From positions 1,632,001 to 1,696,000 of the forward strand of contig OY970173.1 in assembly GCA_963707635.1 (NCBI GenBank): a DNA stretch of 64,000 bases, in the 5' to 3' direction. Below are positions 29,208 to 38,890 of this stretch, piece after piece. The DNA is from Candidatus Latescibacterota bacterium. Lineage in GTDB: Bacteria; Krumholzibacteriota; Krumholzibacteriia; WVZY01; JAKEHA01. The notes under the pieces were generated by a model. The model was not told the DNA's origin, searched no databases, and was given only the letters and a program-made list of their open reading frames with translations. Both the position numbers and the translations under genes were made by a program. Each line of letters starts with the position of its first letter. Within the stretch, counting starts at the first letter, position 1.

Positions 29208-30332
29208 CTACTTCAAGAGCACCATCTTGTTCGACAGCGTCTGCTTCCCGACTGTGAGCGCATAGAAGTACGGCCCCGACGACACGGGCCGTCCGGCGTC
29301 GTCCAGTCCCGACCAGTCGATCTCGTGCGGTCCCTCGGCCAGGCTGCCATCGAACAGAGTCGCCACGCGCGAACCGCGCACGTCGTAGACCACCAACTCC
29401 ACCTGCGCCGCGGCGGCGAGCGTGAACGGGATGGTCGTGGTCGGGTTGAACGGGTTGGGGACGTTCTGCTCGAGGCACGTGGCCAGGTCAGGTGTGGTCA
29501 CCGAAACCGGCGCTGATCGCACCACGTCGCCGTTTTGCTTCACGGCGCCAAGCACGTACGTGTAGGTGGCCGCGCCGTGCACGGTCGCATCGACGAACCT
29601 CGTCTCGCCCGCCGGCAGCAGATCCGGGGACAGGAGCGCTTCCGGCGATTCCGTGTCGCTCCGGTACACGCGGTAACCGCGCACCACTTCATCGGCGTCG
29701 ACGCGCCACGACAGCATCACGTCCTCCCCGTCGAGCTGCGCGTCAAACCACGAAATCAAGACCGCCACGCTGATGATATCGACCGCCCGCTCGGACGAGT
29801 ACGCGCTCAGCATGCCCGCGTAGTTTTTCGTGCGAACCGCGAAGTAGTACCTCCCGGCCGCGAGCGCGCACACCTCCCGCGTCGATACCGCGCCGGCGTC
29901 GATCGACTGGTCGTACCTGGAGGCCTGTCCGGTAGCGACCGACTCGCGTCCAAAGGACACCACGTAGCCCACCGCCGTCGGGTCGCCGCTCGGAAGCCAC
30001 GTCGCGCGCGCGCACCCGGGGCCGGGGCTGGCGAGCGTCGTGAAAACAGGCGGCGGTGGGGGCTGGAGGTCGGTGTTGGGCACGAACGCGACGAGGTCAC
30101 CAGCCGTCGCGTCCAGGTCGACCGCGACGGCACCCATCGGCGACGCGGCGACCGTTGTCACCGTGGTCGAGTTCCCCTGGACCTCGTACGCCGTGTTGGC
30201 GGTCGCGTTGAAGGCAAGAATGCGGACCGTTTTCGCCACGGCCGGTTCGGCGAGTCCGCCGAGCAGGAAAACGGTGAGGACGGCGAAGGGCAAGGCTCGC
30301 CCCCGCCGTCCAGGACGGACGGCTCGGTGCAT
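29208..30332 (-). CDS. Secreted FN3-domain protein with FlgD/T9SS-like CTD
   Basis: Signal peptide, W.PS.D....GY.V...YYFAV...N FN3 signature, QNVPNPFNPTT...KMVLLK. Confidence 0.8.
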   Translation of the reverse strand: MHRAVRPGRRGRALPFAVLTVFLLGGLAEPAVAKTVRILAFNATANTAYEVQGNSTTVTTVAASPMGAVAVDLDATAGDLVAFVPNTDLQPPPPPVFTTLASPGPGCARATWLPSGDPTAVGYVVSFGRESVATGQASRYDQSIDAGAVSTREVCALAAGRYYFAVRTKNYAGMLSAYSSERAVDIISVAVLISWFDAQLDGEDVMLSWRVDADEVVRGYRVYRSDTESPEALLSPDLLPAGETRFVDATVHGAATYTYVLGAVKQNGDVVRSAPVSVTTPDLATCLEQNVPNPFNPTTTIPFTLAAAAQVELVVYDVRGSRVATLFDGSLAEGPHEIDWSGLDDAGRPVSSGPYFYALTVGKQTLSNKMVLLK

Positions 30333-30673
30333 GGAATCTCTCCTTCCACGCGGCGCGCAAAGTGGGGGCGCGCGTGCGGCCACGCACGGGGCTGGTCAAC
30401 GATTGGCTTGCGAAACTATCCGGGGCGTCTGGTGCCGCACGCGTGCGGCACGACACAGGGGGGAGCATGGTCGCGCGAGCGGGGACGGTCGTGATGCTGC
30501 GCGACGTCAGTCGGGGGTCGGCGCCGTCACCTCCCTGGCGGCGCCGTCGCGTACCGACGATGCCAAAAGAAGCAGTGACGGCGGAGATCAGGCAATGAGG
30601 GATTGTCGGGCGGGCATTGGGTACTGACAGCAGTGGCAGTGTGAGGAGCCTCACACTGGTGGACTATCGAAGA

Positions 30674-32122
30674 CTATCGAACCAGAACGATTCGCCGATG
30701 TGCGAGGTCTCGTCCGTCGACGACGAGGCGGGCGAAGTAGACGCCGCTTGCGAGTTCGCGGCCATGGTCGTCCGCTCCGTTCCACGCGACCGAACCGCTC
30801 TCCTGGCCGCCTGGGAGCCCGAGCGAACGCACGCGGCGCCCGCGCACGTCGTAGACTTCCACGCGCGCTCCGCGGGGGACTGAACCGGCGAAATGGAACG
30901 TCGTGGTGTTGCGGAACGGATTCGGCTCCGCGAGGAGGGTCGTGGCATGCGGCGTGCGATCCGCCACGCCGGTGGTCAGGTCGACCATGCGGTAGATGTA
31001 TCCCCACAATCCGATGAAGTACAGCTCATCGTCCTTGTCGACGCCGAAACTGGTAATTAACTGGCTCGGCGAATCGTCGTAGTAAATTGTATCGTTGGTC
31101 GCGGTGAACCCGTCGTACGAGAGCGCACAGATAGTCCCGGCGGGGTAATCCGCATATACGTACTTGCCCCACAGGCTCGGCAGTGTGTGGCCGCGGTACA
31201 CGTACCCGCCAATAATGGAGTTCCCGTTCTCGTAGAGGTGCGGATAGGTCCAAATGGGCAAGACGTTGTTGGTGCCTGTGGTGTCGCACGCGCCCGCGTT
31301 GGGGTAGCAGACAAACCCCTCCATCTTCATCCAGCCGTAATTGCGCCCTTTGGTGACGATGTCGACTTCCTCCCACATCCCTTCGCCGACGTCGCCCAGC
31401 CAGATCTTATTCGTGTGCCGGTCGAAACTGAAGCGCCACGGGTTGCGAAATCCGTAGGCGTAGATCTCCTCACGCCAGCCATTCGGGTTGCCGGCGAACG
31501 GATTGTCGGGCGGAATGACATACGTCCCCGGTGACGGGACGTGGACATCGATGCGAAGCAGCTTGCCCGCGAGCACCGCCAGATTCTGGCTGGGCCAGCC
31601 GTCACAGTTGTCACCGGCTGCAATGTACAGATATCCGTCGGGTCCAAACGCCAGGCACCCCGCCTTGTGACACACCCATATGTCGCTCTGTGGAATCTCG
31701 AACAGGATCTCCTCGCTCCCCAGGTCGGCCAAATCAGGGTTGCCGCTCACATGGAAGCGCGACAAACGCGAGACGAGCGTGTCGGTGTCGGCGTTGTAAT
31801 AGACGTAGAAGGTGCCGTTGTTCTCGTAGTCCGGATCGAACGCAAGTCCCAGGAACCCGGCTTCCCACTCCATGTGGGTAACGGACGAGAGGTCGAGGAA
31901 CAACGTCTTCGATGTGACCGACGGGTCGTTCTCGATGACCCAGACTCTCCCGGTCTGCTCTGTAACGAACAGGCGATCCGTGCCATCCATCGGGTCCTGG
32001 ATGCCGGTCGCGGCCTCGAAATGCAACAATCCTGGAAAGGCGTTCTCGATCCCGACTTCGGCAGCGGCCGAAACAGAGGCGCTCAAAAGCAAGGCCAGGA
32101 TGCAGGTCAAAAGGTGCTTCAT
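30674..32122 (-). CDS. PQQ-dependent sugar dehydrogenase (GSDH) with FlgD/T9SS-like CTD
   Basis: RLFVTEQ.G, G.LGLAFDP.Y..NG.FY, FGPDGYLY, IP.DNPF, GFRNPWRFSFD, G.NYGW; TGV linker and CTD. Confidence 0.9.
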   Translation of the reverse strand: MKHLLTCILALLLSASVSAAAEVGIENAFPGLLHFEAATGIQDPMDGTDRLFVTEQTGRVWVIENDPSVTSKTLFLDLSSVTHMEWEAGFLGLAFDPDYENNGTFYVYYNADTDTLVSRLSRFHVSGNPDLADLGSEEILFEIPQSDIWVCHKAGCLAFGPDGYLYIAAGDNCDGWPSQNLAVLAGKLLRIDVHVPSPGTYVIPPDNPFAGNPNGWREEIYAYGFRNPWRFSFDRHTNKIWLGDVGEGMWEEVDIVTKGRNYGWMKMEGFVCYPNAGACDTTGTNNVLPIWTYPHLYENGNSIIGGYVYRGHTLPSLWGKYVYADYPAGTICALSYDGFTATNDTIYYDDSPSQLITSFGVDKDDELYFIGLWGYIYRMVDLTTGVADRTPHATTLLAEPNPFRNTTTFHFAGSVPRGARVEVYDVRGRRVRSLGLPGGQESGSVAWNGADDHGRELASGVYFARLVVDGRDLAHRRIVLVR

Positions 32123-32290
32123 GGAAAAGACTCCAAAACGTGGCCGCGGTATTATAGCACAATTTGGCCGCTGACGGTCAGGCGGTCTGCCTTTGATTCG
32201 GTTGCCGCGGCGAAGCGCGAGCGATTACAATGAGCGTGGTTTCGATGCCGGATGTGGTGCGTTTGTGAGAAGAACGGATGAAGCGCTTGC

Positions 32291-32388
32291 TGCGGGGTAG
32301 TTGAGTGGCACAACGCCGGGTAGTTGAGTGGCACAACGCCGCACTGTTAATGCGGATATCGGAGGTTCGAATCCTCCCCCCGCAGCCA
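32291..32388 (+). tRNA. tRNA-Asn(GTT) with internal 23-nt tandem duplication
   Basis: TGCGGGG/CCCCGCA acceptor (U1-A72), CCGCA-CTGTTAA-TGCGG anticodon arm, GGAGG-TTCGAAT-CCTCC T arm, GCCA end. 32295-32317 is identical to 32318-32340. Confidence 0.85.
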
Positions 32389-32429
32389 CTCTTTCGTTAT
32401 CAATTCTAGTTTTCCACTGACCACGCCCA

Positions 32430-32842
32430 ATGTCGGCCACTCCTCCGATAAACCGCCAGGAAGAGGCGATCAAGGTGTACCGTGCCCTCTTCCGGGGGGA
32501 GCCGCCGGCGGCGCTCGTCGAGCGCTTCGCGGCGGCGTCGACGCAACTGGACCAGCGGGCCGATCCGCCGAAGTCGCCGCGTACGAGCGCTGGCTGGCCC
32601 GGGTGGACGATCTCGAGGCGCTGGAGGTGGCCTGTCGCTACACGCGCCGCCTGCCGATCTTGAGCCGCAAGGTCCACCTGATGGTCTACATGGCGGAGAC
32701 GCTTCCCGACTACCACGCCGAGTTCGTCAACGAGCACACGAGCCTCGCCGGCGGAGTCAAGGCGCTGGTGGCGGGCGCGCTCCGCACGGGGGCGAAGCTC
32801 ACGAAGGGGCTCGTCCTGCTCGCGAGGCTGCGGAATGTCTGA
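32430..32842 (+). CDS. Hypothetical protein (frameshift near 32566)
   Basis: ORFs 32430 and 32603 join with one added base (…ADP-AEVAAYERWLARVDDLEALE…); the stop overlaps the next start. Confidence 0.55.
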
Positions 32843-34425
32843 CGTCATCGTCGTCGGCGGGGGAGCCGCCGCGGCCGCCGCCGCGCTGGAGTTGGCCGAG
32901 CGCGGCCTTCGGCCGCTCGTCCTGGACGTGGGGTACGCGCCCGACGCCCCGGGGTCGCCTATCGACGAAAACCTCTACGCGTTTCGTCGCCACCGCGACT
33001 CCTTCACCCTCCACATCGGCGCTGGCTTTCAGGGACTCGCGGGGCTGCTCGGCATGCGCGGCGCCAACGTCAAACTGAACGCCCCCAACATGGAGTACGT
33101 GACCCGCAACGCCGACGTGCACTCTCCGGTGGACGGCCACGATTTCGATCCGGTCCAGAGTTTCGCGGCCGGCGGGCTGGGTAATGCGTGGGGCGCGGGG
33201 CTGTATCGTTTCTGCGACGAGGACCTGGACGGCTTTCCGATAAAGCTGGCGGATCTGGATCCGTACTTCGACCGCCTGACGCGTGAAATCGGCATCGCGG
33301 GAACCGAAGACGATTTGCGCCGGTTCTTCGGCACGACGGCCGGCCTGCTGCCGCCGGTGCCGTTTTCGCACAACATCGGGCGACTCTACCGGGGCTACGA
33401 AAAGCACCGCGCTCGCATGCACCGGGAGGGAGTGTTCGTCGGGTCGCGCGCGGGTCGCGGTTCTCACGCAAGCCCACGACGGACGCCCCGCCCATCGATC
33501 GCGGAACCTGGAGTTCTGGCAGGAGACACGGTCCATCTATTCGCCCCGGTTCACACTGGAGAAGTTGAGCAAGGCGGGCACCATCGACTACCGGCGCGGC
33601 ACGCTGGTGGAATCCTGGACGGAATCGAATGACGGCGTCGTGGTGCGTGCCCGCGATCTGGCGGGCGGGGAGACCGTAACCTTCGCGGCCCGCCAGCTCG
33701 TGCTCGCCGCGGGGGCCATCAATACCGCGCGGATCGTGCTGCGTTCGCGCCAGGATTATCGAACGCAGCTGCCGCTGCTCGAGAACCCGGCAATGCAATT
33801 CCCGCTGGTGCTGTTTCGATCGCTCGGACGCGCGCTGGACGCCGACGCGTTCGGCCTGGTCCAGCTCAACATGATCTGGACGAAGAACCCGTACGGCGCC
33901 ACTCTCCAGGGCAGTATCATGGAGCTGACGTCTCCGATGCGCGCCGAGTTCTACCCGAACCTCCCGTACTCGGCGCGAGCCAACCTGCCGCTCCTTCGCA
34001 CCATGCTCCCGGCCATGCTGGTGCTGCAGATCTTCTTCCCGGGCTCGAGCATGGTGCCGGCGCGGATGTCGCTGCGCGAGAGCGGGGAACTGCGGATCGA
34101 AGGGCACCCCAACCGGATCGAGACGGGCGGAATGAAGCGACTCCTCGCCCTCCTGTGGAAGATGGGAGCGTGGAGCCAGTTGAGCCGCGTCGTCCGCGTG
34201 CCGACCGGTCACTCCATTCATTACGCGGGCACGCTGCCGATGAAAGAAACGCCGGCCGACTACGAGTGCGACCGCCTCGGACGATTGCACGGCACGCGCC
34301 GCGTCGCTATCGCCGATTCGGCCGCATTCACCCGCCTGCCCGCGAAAAACATGTCGCTCGGTATGATGGCGAACGCGATGCGCGTGGCGGCCGCGGCGGC
34401 CGAACGGCTGCGTGAGTCCGCATGA
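32835..34425 (+). CDS. GMC-family FAD-dependent oxidoreductase (frameshift near 33441)
   Basis: VIVVGGG, GGLGNAWGAG, VLAAGAINTARI, HYAGT.PM, D.A.F..LP.KN.S..MANA.R. Confidence 0.8.
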
Positions 34426-35312
34426 AGACCGTCCTCATCACCGGTGCCAACGGCTTCATCGCGCGCGCGGTCGCGGCGGCGTTCGCGCGCAGCGGCGTGC
34501 GGGTCATCGGCGTGTCGCGCCCCGGCGCACCGGTTGCGGGTTTCGACCGCGTATTCCGGGTGAAGCTCGGCGAGTCCATGAATCCCGTCCTCGCGGACGA
34601 GCCGGTGGATGCGGTCGTGCACTGCGCCAACGATTCGCGGCGGGACAGCTTCGCGGTCAACGTGGAGGGAACGCGCCGGTGGATCGGCGAGGCGCACGCG
34701 CGCGGGGTGCGGACCCAGCTGCTGATGAGCAGCCTCTCGGCGCGCGAGGACGCGCTCGCGGACTACGGGCGCTCGAAGTGGGCGATCGAACAGACGATGC
34801 GCGACGTGGGAGGCACTTCGTTTCGTCTGGGACTCGTGGTGGGAAACGGCGGCATGTTTCAGAGGATGGTACAGGCGCTGGCGCGGCCGGTCGTCCCGCT
34901 CCTCGACGGCGGCCGATCCCGCGTGTACGTCCTCGGCATCGACTTCGTCGCCGACGCGACCCAACGCGTCGTGTCGGGCGAGCTGCCGTCGGCCGTCGGC
35001 CGGCTCCTGCACCTCCAGCAGCCGGAGCCGTACCGGCTGGTCGACGTGCTGCGGGCGGCGCGAGCGGCGTATGGGTATCGTTGCGTGCTCGTTCCCGTTC
35101 CGTCGCTCCCGGTGCTGTGGGCGCTGACGATGGTGGAACGCTTCTCTTTCCTCAATCTGCCGGTCACCAGCACGAATGTCCGCGGACTGCGGCAGAGCGG
35201 GATGGAGTCGTTTCCGTCGGATTTCAAAGAACTGGGAGGACAGGAAGAGACGCTGGCCGAGCTGGTCGGACGCGCTGCCGTGGCGGAGGCTCGAAACGCC
35301 GCCGTGACTTAA
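34422..35312 (+). CDS. NAD-dependent epimerase/dehydratase
   Basis: VLITGANGFI, SS.SA, YGRSK. Confidence 0.85.
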   Translation: MKTVLITGANGFIARAVAAAFARSGVRVIGVSRPGAPVAGFDRVFRVKLGESMNPVLADEPVDAVVHCANDSRRDSFAVNVEGTRRWIGEAHARGVRTQLLMSSLSAREDALADYGRSKWAIEQTMRDVGGTSFRLGLVVGNGGMFQRMVQALARPVVPLLDGGRSRVYVLGIDFVADATQRVVSGELPSAVGRLLHLQQPEPYRLVDVLRAARAAYGYRCVLVPVPSLPVLWALTMVERFSFLNLPVTSTNVRGLRQSGMESFPSDFKELGGQEETLAELVGRAAVAEARNAAVT

Positions 35313-35449
35313 GCGCTTCTGCGGAAAATGGGTTAGCCGTTCCGGAGGCGCAAAATCGGTCTTCTCGGGCCGGCGAGCACTCTGTTATATTCCTCCCGCC
35401 GAACATGCCCGCAAGGGCATGTCGCGTTATTGGCCGGGACGATCACCTC

Positions 35450-35544
35450 GGGAATGGATGGGCCCTGGTGGACCTCGGGGACTTCAAATCCCTTAGTCGG
35501 GCGAGACCGTCCGAGGTGGGTTCGATTCCCACACATTCCCGCCA
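35450..35544 (+). tRNA. selC: tRNA-Sec(TCA)
   Basis: GGGGA-CTTCAAA-TCCCT anticodon arm, 6-bp D stem with TGGT loop, long variable arm, GTGGG-TTCGATT-CCCAC T arm, extended acceptor, GCCA end. Confidence 0.92.
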
Positions 35545-35611
35545 CCCATCGCGCGCGCGGGCGTTGCGCGGGACGCGTCCCCACGGCCCCTGTCTACCGG
35601 GTAAACGACTG

Positions 35612-36349
35612 GTGTCGCTTTCATCGTCGATCGTTCTGGGCCTGACGTTCATCGCCTGGCTGGGTGCGGCGATGCCGTCGATGGCGGGGGTCGCCGAAGC
35701 GGACACGACGCGGCCGGCCGGCGCGGACAGCGCGACGATCGCTGCGCCCGATACGTCGCGAACGCCGCCGAGCGATTCGCTGCGCACGATCACGGTCAAG
35801 GATTCGCTGGGGATTCCCGGGACGCTGCGCGGTCAGACGGTGGAACCGGATCCCGCCGCGATCAAGGGGACGCTGCAACGCATGGGCTCGAACGAAATCG
35901 CGGGCCGCACGCCCTGGGAGCGAAAGAAGAACCCGAGAGTCGCGATGCTCTGTTCCGCGCTCCTTCCGGGGCTGGGGCAGACGTATAACGGAAGGCGCCT
36001 GAAGGTGGGTCTGATGGTGGGGTTCTCGACGTTCTATTCATTCAACGGGTGGCTCAACTGGAAGCGATACGAGGCCGCGATCGTGGCGCGCGACGCCGCC
36101 GAACCGGGCAGCGGGGACTATCGGGTCCAGAACGACCTGGCGGCTTTCTATAAGGAGGAAGCCCGCACGCACCTGTGGTGGTTCGGCGCCACGTGGATAC
36201 TCGGAATTCTCGACTCGTGGATCGACGCGCACCTCTACGACGTGCGCGGCTACACGCCGCCACCCCCGCCCGAGGACGCGGTTCCACGCGCGGTGAACGA
36301 GCGCATCAGCTATCTCACGTTGGGATTCGATCTCGAGTTTTCGAAATAA
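35612..36349 (+). CDS. DUF5683-like membrane protein
   Basis: KNP..A...SALLPGLGQ.YN and DA.LYD motifs; start codon uncertain. Confidence 0.65.
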   Translation: MSLSSSIVLGLTFIAWLGAAMPSMAGVAEADTTRPAGADSATIAAPDTSRTPPSDSLRTITVKDSLGIPGTLRGQTVEPDPAAIKGTLQRMGSNEIAGRTPWERKKNPRVAMLCSALLPGLGQTYNGRRLKVGLMVGFSTFYSFNGWLNWKRYEAAIVARDAAEPGSGDYRVQNDLAAFYKEEARTHLWWFGATWILGILDSWIDAHLYDVRGYTPPPPPEDAVPRAVNERISYLTLGFDLEFSK

Positions 36350-36372
36350 ATGACGCCGCAGACTGATAGAAC

Positions 36373-38184
36373 ATGATATTTCCCCAGGAACGCACTCGCA
36401 ACTTCTGCATCATCGCCCACATCGACCACGGCAAGTCGACGCTGGCGGATCGTCTGCTCGAGCACACCCATACCCTCTCGGGCAAGGAGATGCGCGAGCA
36501 GGTGCTCGACACCATGGATCTGGAGCGCGAGCGCGGCATTACCATCAAGAGCCACCCGATCCGGATGATCTACCGCGCCAGGGACGGCCTCGACTACCTG
36601 TTCAACTTGATCGACACGCCGGGCCATGTCGACTTCACCTACGAAGTCTCGCGCTGCCTCGCCGCCTGCGAGGGCGCCATCCTGGTGGTGGACGCGGTGC
36701 AGGGGATCCAGGCGCAGACGGTATCCAACGTGTACCTGGCGGTCGAGAACGGCCTCGAGCTGTTGCCGGTGATCAACAAGATCGACCTGCCGGCGGCGCG
36801 GGTCGAAGAGGTCACGCACGAAATCCACGATTTGATCGGCGCTCGCGAGGACGAGATCGTGAAGGTGAGCGCGCGCGAAGGGATCGGCATCGAAGACTTG
36901 CTGGAGGCGGTGGTGGCGAAGATCCCGGCGCCGAAGGGCGACCGCGAGGGCAAGCTCCAGGGTCTGATTTTCGACTCGTTCTACGACACCTATCGCGGTT
37001 CCGTGGTCTACGTCCGCATCAAGCAGGGGCGTGTGCGCAAGGGCGACGTGATCCGGATGTGGTCGACGGGCAACACGTTCGAGGTAATGGATACGGGGCA
37101 CTTTCGCATCCAGATGATTCCAGCCCCCATGCTCGAAGCGGGAGATGTGGGATACGTCGTCACCGGCATCAAGGACATCCACGATATCAAAGTCGGCGAC
37201 ACCATCACGACCCACGCCGATCCGTGCGAGCAGCCGCTGCCCGGTTACACCGACGTGAAGCCGATGGTGTTCAGCGGGCTCTACCCGGTCGAGGCCGACG
37301 AGTACGTGGAGCTGCGCGAGGCGCTGGAAAAGCTGCGGCTCAACGACTCGTCGTTCATCTTCGAGCCGGAGACCTCGGTGGCGCTCGGCTTCGGGTTCCG
37401 CTGCGGGTTCCTCGGGCTCCTCCACATGGAAGTGATCCAGGAGCGCCTGGAACGCGAGTACAACCTGAACCTGATCACCACCATGCCCAGCGTGGAGTAC
37501 AACATCCGCACCAAGAGCGGCGAGGAGCTGGTGGTCGACAACCCGGCGTTGTTTCCCCCGGAGGGAAAGATCGAACACGTCCGCGAGCCCTACGTGAAGG
37601 TGGAGGTCGTGACCCCGAGCGAATTCGTGGGCGCGATCATGACGCTGTGCCAGGAGCGGCGGGGTACATACCTGGGCATGGAGTACGTGACCAAGGAACG
37701 GGCGGTGCTGCGCTATGAGATGCCGTTGGCCGAAATCCTCATCGATTTCTATGATAAGCTCAAGAGCCTTAGCCGGGGGTACGCGAGCCTGGACTACAAT
37801 TATGTCGGGCACCGCGAGAGCGACGTGGTCCGGTTGGACATCGCGCTCAACGGCGACCCGGTGGATGCCCTGTCGATGATCGTCCACCAGGAGAGCGCGT
37901 TCAACATGGGACGCGATCTTGCTGTCCGGCTCAAGGAAGTCATTCCACGCCAGATGTACGAGGTCGCGATCCAGGCCTGCATCGGAGCCAAGGTGATCTC
38001 GCGCACCAACGTGAAGGCGCTGCGCAAGAACGTGACGGCGAAGTGCTACGGCGGTGACATCACCCGCAAGCGCAAGCTCCTCGAGAAACAGAAAGAGGGC
38101 AAGCGCCGTATGAAGATGGTCGGCAAGGTCGAAATCCCGCAGGACGCGTTCCTGGCGGTGCTCAAGGTGGAGAGGTCAAGTTGA
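36373..38184 (+). CDS. lepA: Elongation factor 4
   Basis: [45 protein letters not shown]. Confidence 0.98.
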   Translation: MIFPQERTRNFCIIAHIDHGKSTLADRLLEHTHTLSGKEMREQVLDTMDLERERGITIKSHPIRMIYRARDGLDYLFNLIDTPGHVDFTYEVSRCLAACEGAILVVDAVQGIQAQTVSNVYLAVENGLELLPVINKIDLPAARVEEVTHEIHDLIGAREDEIVKVSAREGIGIEDLLEAVVAKIPAPKGDREGKLQGLIFDSFYDTYRGSVVYVRIKQGRVRKGDVIRMWSTGNTFEVMDTGHFRIQMIPAPMLEAGDVGYVVTGIKDIHDIKVGDTITTHADPCEQPLPGYTDVKPMVFSGLYPVEADEYVELREALEKLRLNDSSFIFEPETSVALGFGFRCGFLGLLHMEVIQERLEREYNLNLITTMPSVEYNIRTKSGEELVVDNPALFPPEGKIEHVREPYVKVEVVTPSEFVGAIMTLCQERRGTYLGMEYVTKERAVLRYEMPLAEILIDFYDKLKSLSRGYASLDYNYVGHRESDVVRLDIALNGDPVDALSMIVHQESAFNMGRDLAVRLKEVIPRQMYEVAIQACIGAKVISRTNVKALRKNVTAKCYGGDITRKRKLLEKQKEGKRRMKMVGKVEIPQDAFLAVLKVERSS

Positions 38185-38780
38185 GCAAGAAGCGAAAGAA
38201 ATCCGTAGTCCGCGAGTACACCGAGATCATCGTACTCGCGGTGGGACTCGCGTTGTTCGTGCGCACGTTCTTCGTCCAGGCGTTCCGGATCCCATCGGAG
38301 TCGATGGAGGACACGCTCCTGGTCGGCGACTTCCTGTTTGCGAACAAGCTGCTCTATGGGCCCAAGCTCCCGTTCGTGTCCGTGCGCCTGCCCGAAATTC
38401 GCGCCCCGAAGCCGGGCGACATCATTATCTTCAAGTATCCCGGCGACCACAAGATCGATTACATCAAGCGCTGTGTCGCGGTGGAGGGACAGACGGTCGA
38501 GCTCATCGACAACCACCTGTTCGTGGACGGGGTGCTGCGCGATGAGGACTTCACGAAGTACGTGTTCGGCTCACGGCCGGACCGGCACTTCGGGCCGTTC
38601 AAGGTGCCGGAGGGGCACATCTTCATGATGGGGGACAATCGCGACAACAGCGCGGACAGCCGCGTGTGGGGGCCGCTGGACAAGAAGCTGATCAGCGGAA
38701 AAGCGATGTTCATCTATTTCTCGTGGAATCCGAGGTCGCACTCGATCCGCTTCTCGCGTATCGGAGACGTCATTCGTTGA
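38181..38780 (+). CDS. lepB: Signal peptidase I
   Basis: IPSESM..TL..GD, YIKR, GDNRDNS.DSR. Confidence 0.95.
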   Translation: MSKKRKKSVVREYTEIIVLAVGLALFVRTFFVQAFRIPSESMEDTLLVGDFLFANKLLYGPKLPFVSVRLPEIRAPKPGDIIIFKYPGDHKIDYIKRCVAVEGQTVELIDNHLFVDGVLRDEDFTKYVFGSRPDRHFGPFKVPEGHIFMMGDNRDNSADSRVWGPLDKKLISGKAMFIYFSWNPRSHSIRFSRIGDVIR

Positions 38781-38890
38781 GCCTGGCTCGCGGTGACGGT
38801 GCCCCTCCGCTCATGCACTTCGCGCGCGATCATTGAAAGCGCGCCTCGTGAAATCGCGTCGGAGCACCGTCACCGCTCGCCTGTGATCCT

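Noticed and set aside
32295..32340. CRISPR array
   Set aside because: Two adjacent copies with no spacer, inside a tRNA; no cas genes.
34412..35611. 645-aa ORF 34412-36349 as a single gene
   Set aside because: Its 5' part overlaps the epimerase and tRNA-Sec. Only the part from about 35612 looks like a protein.
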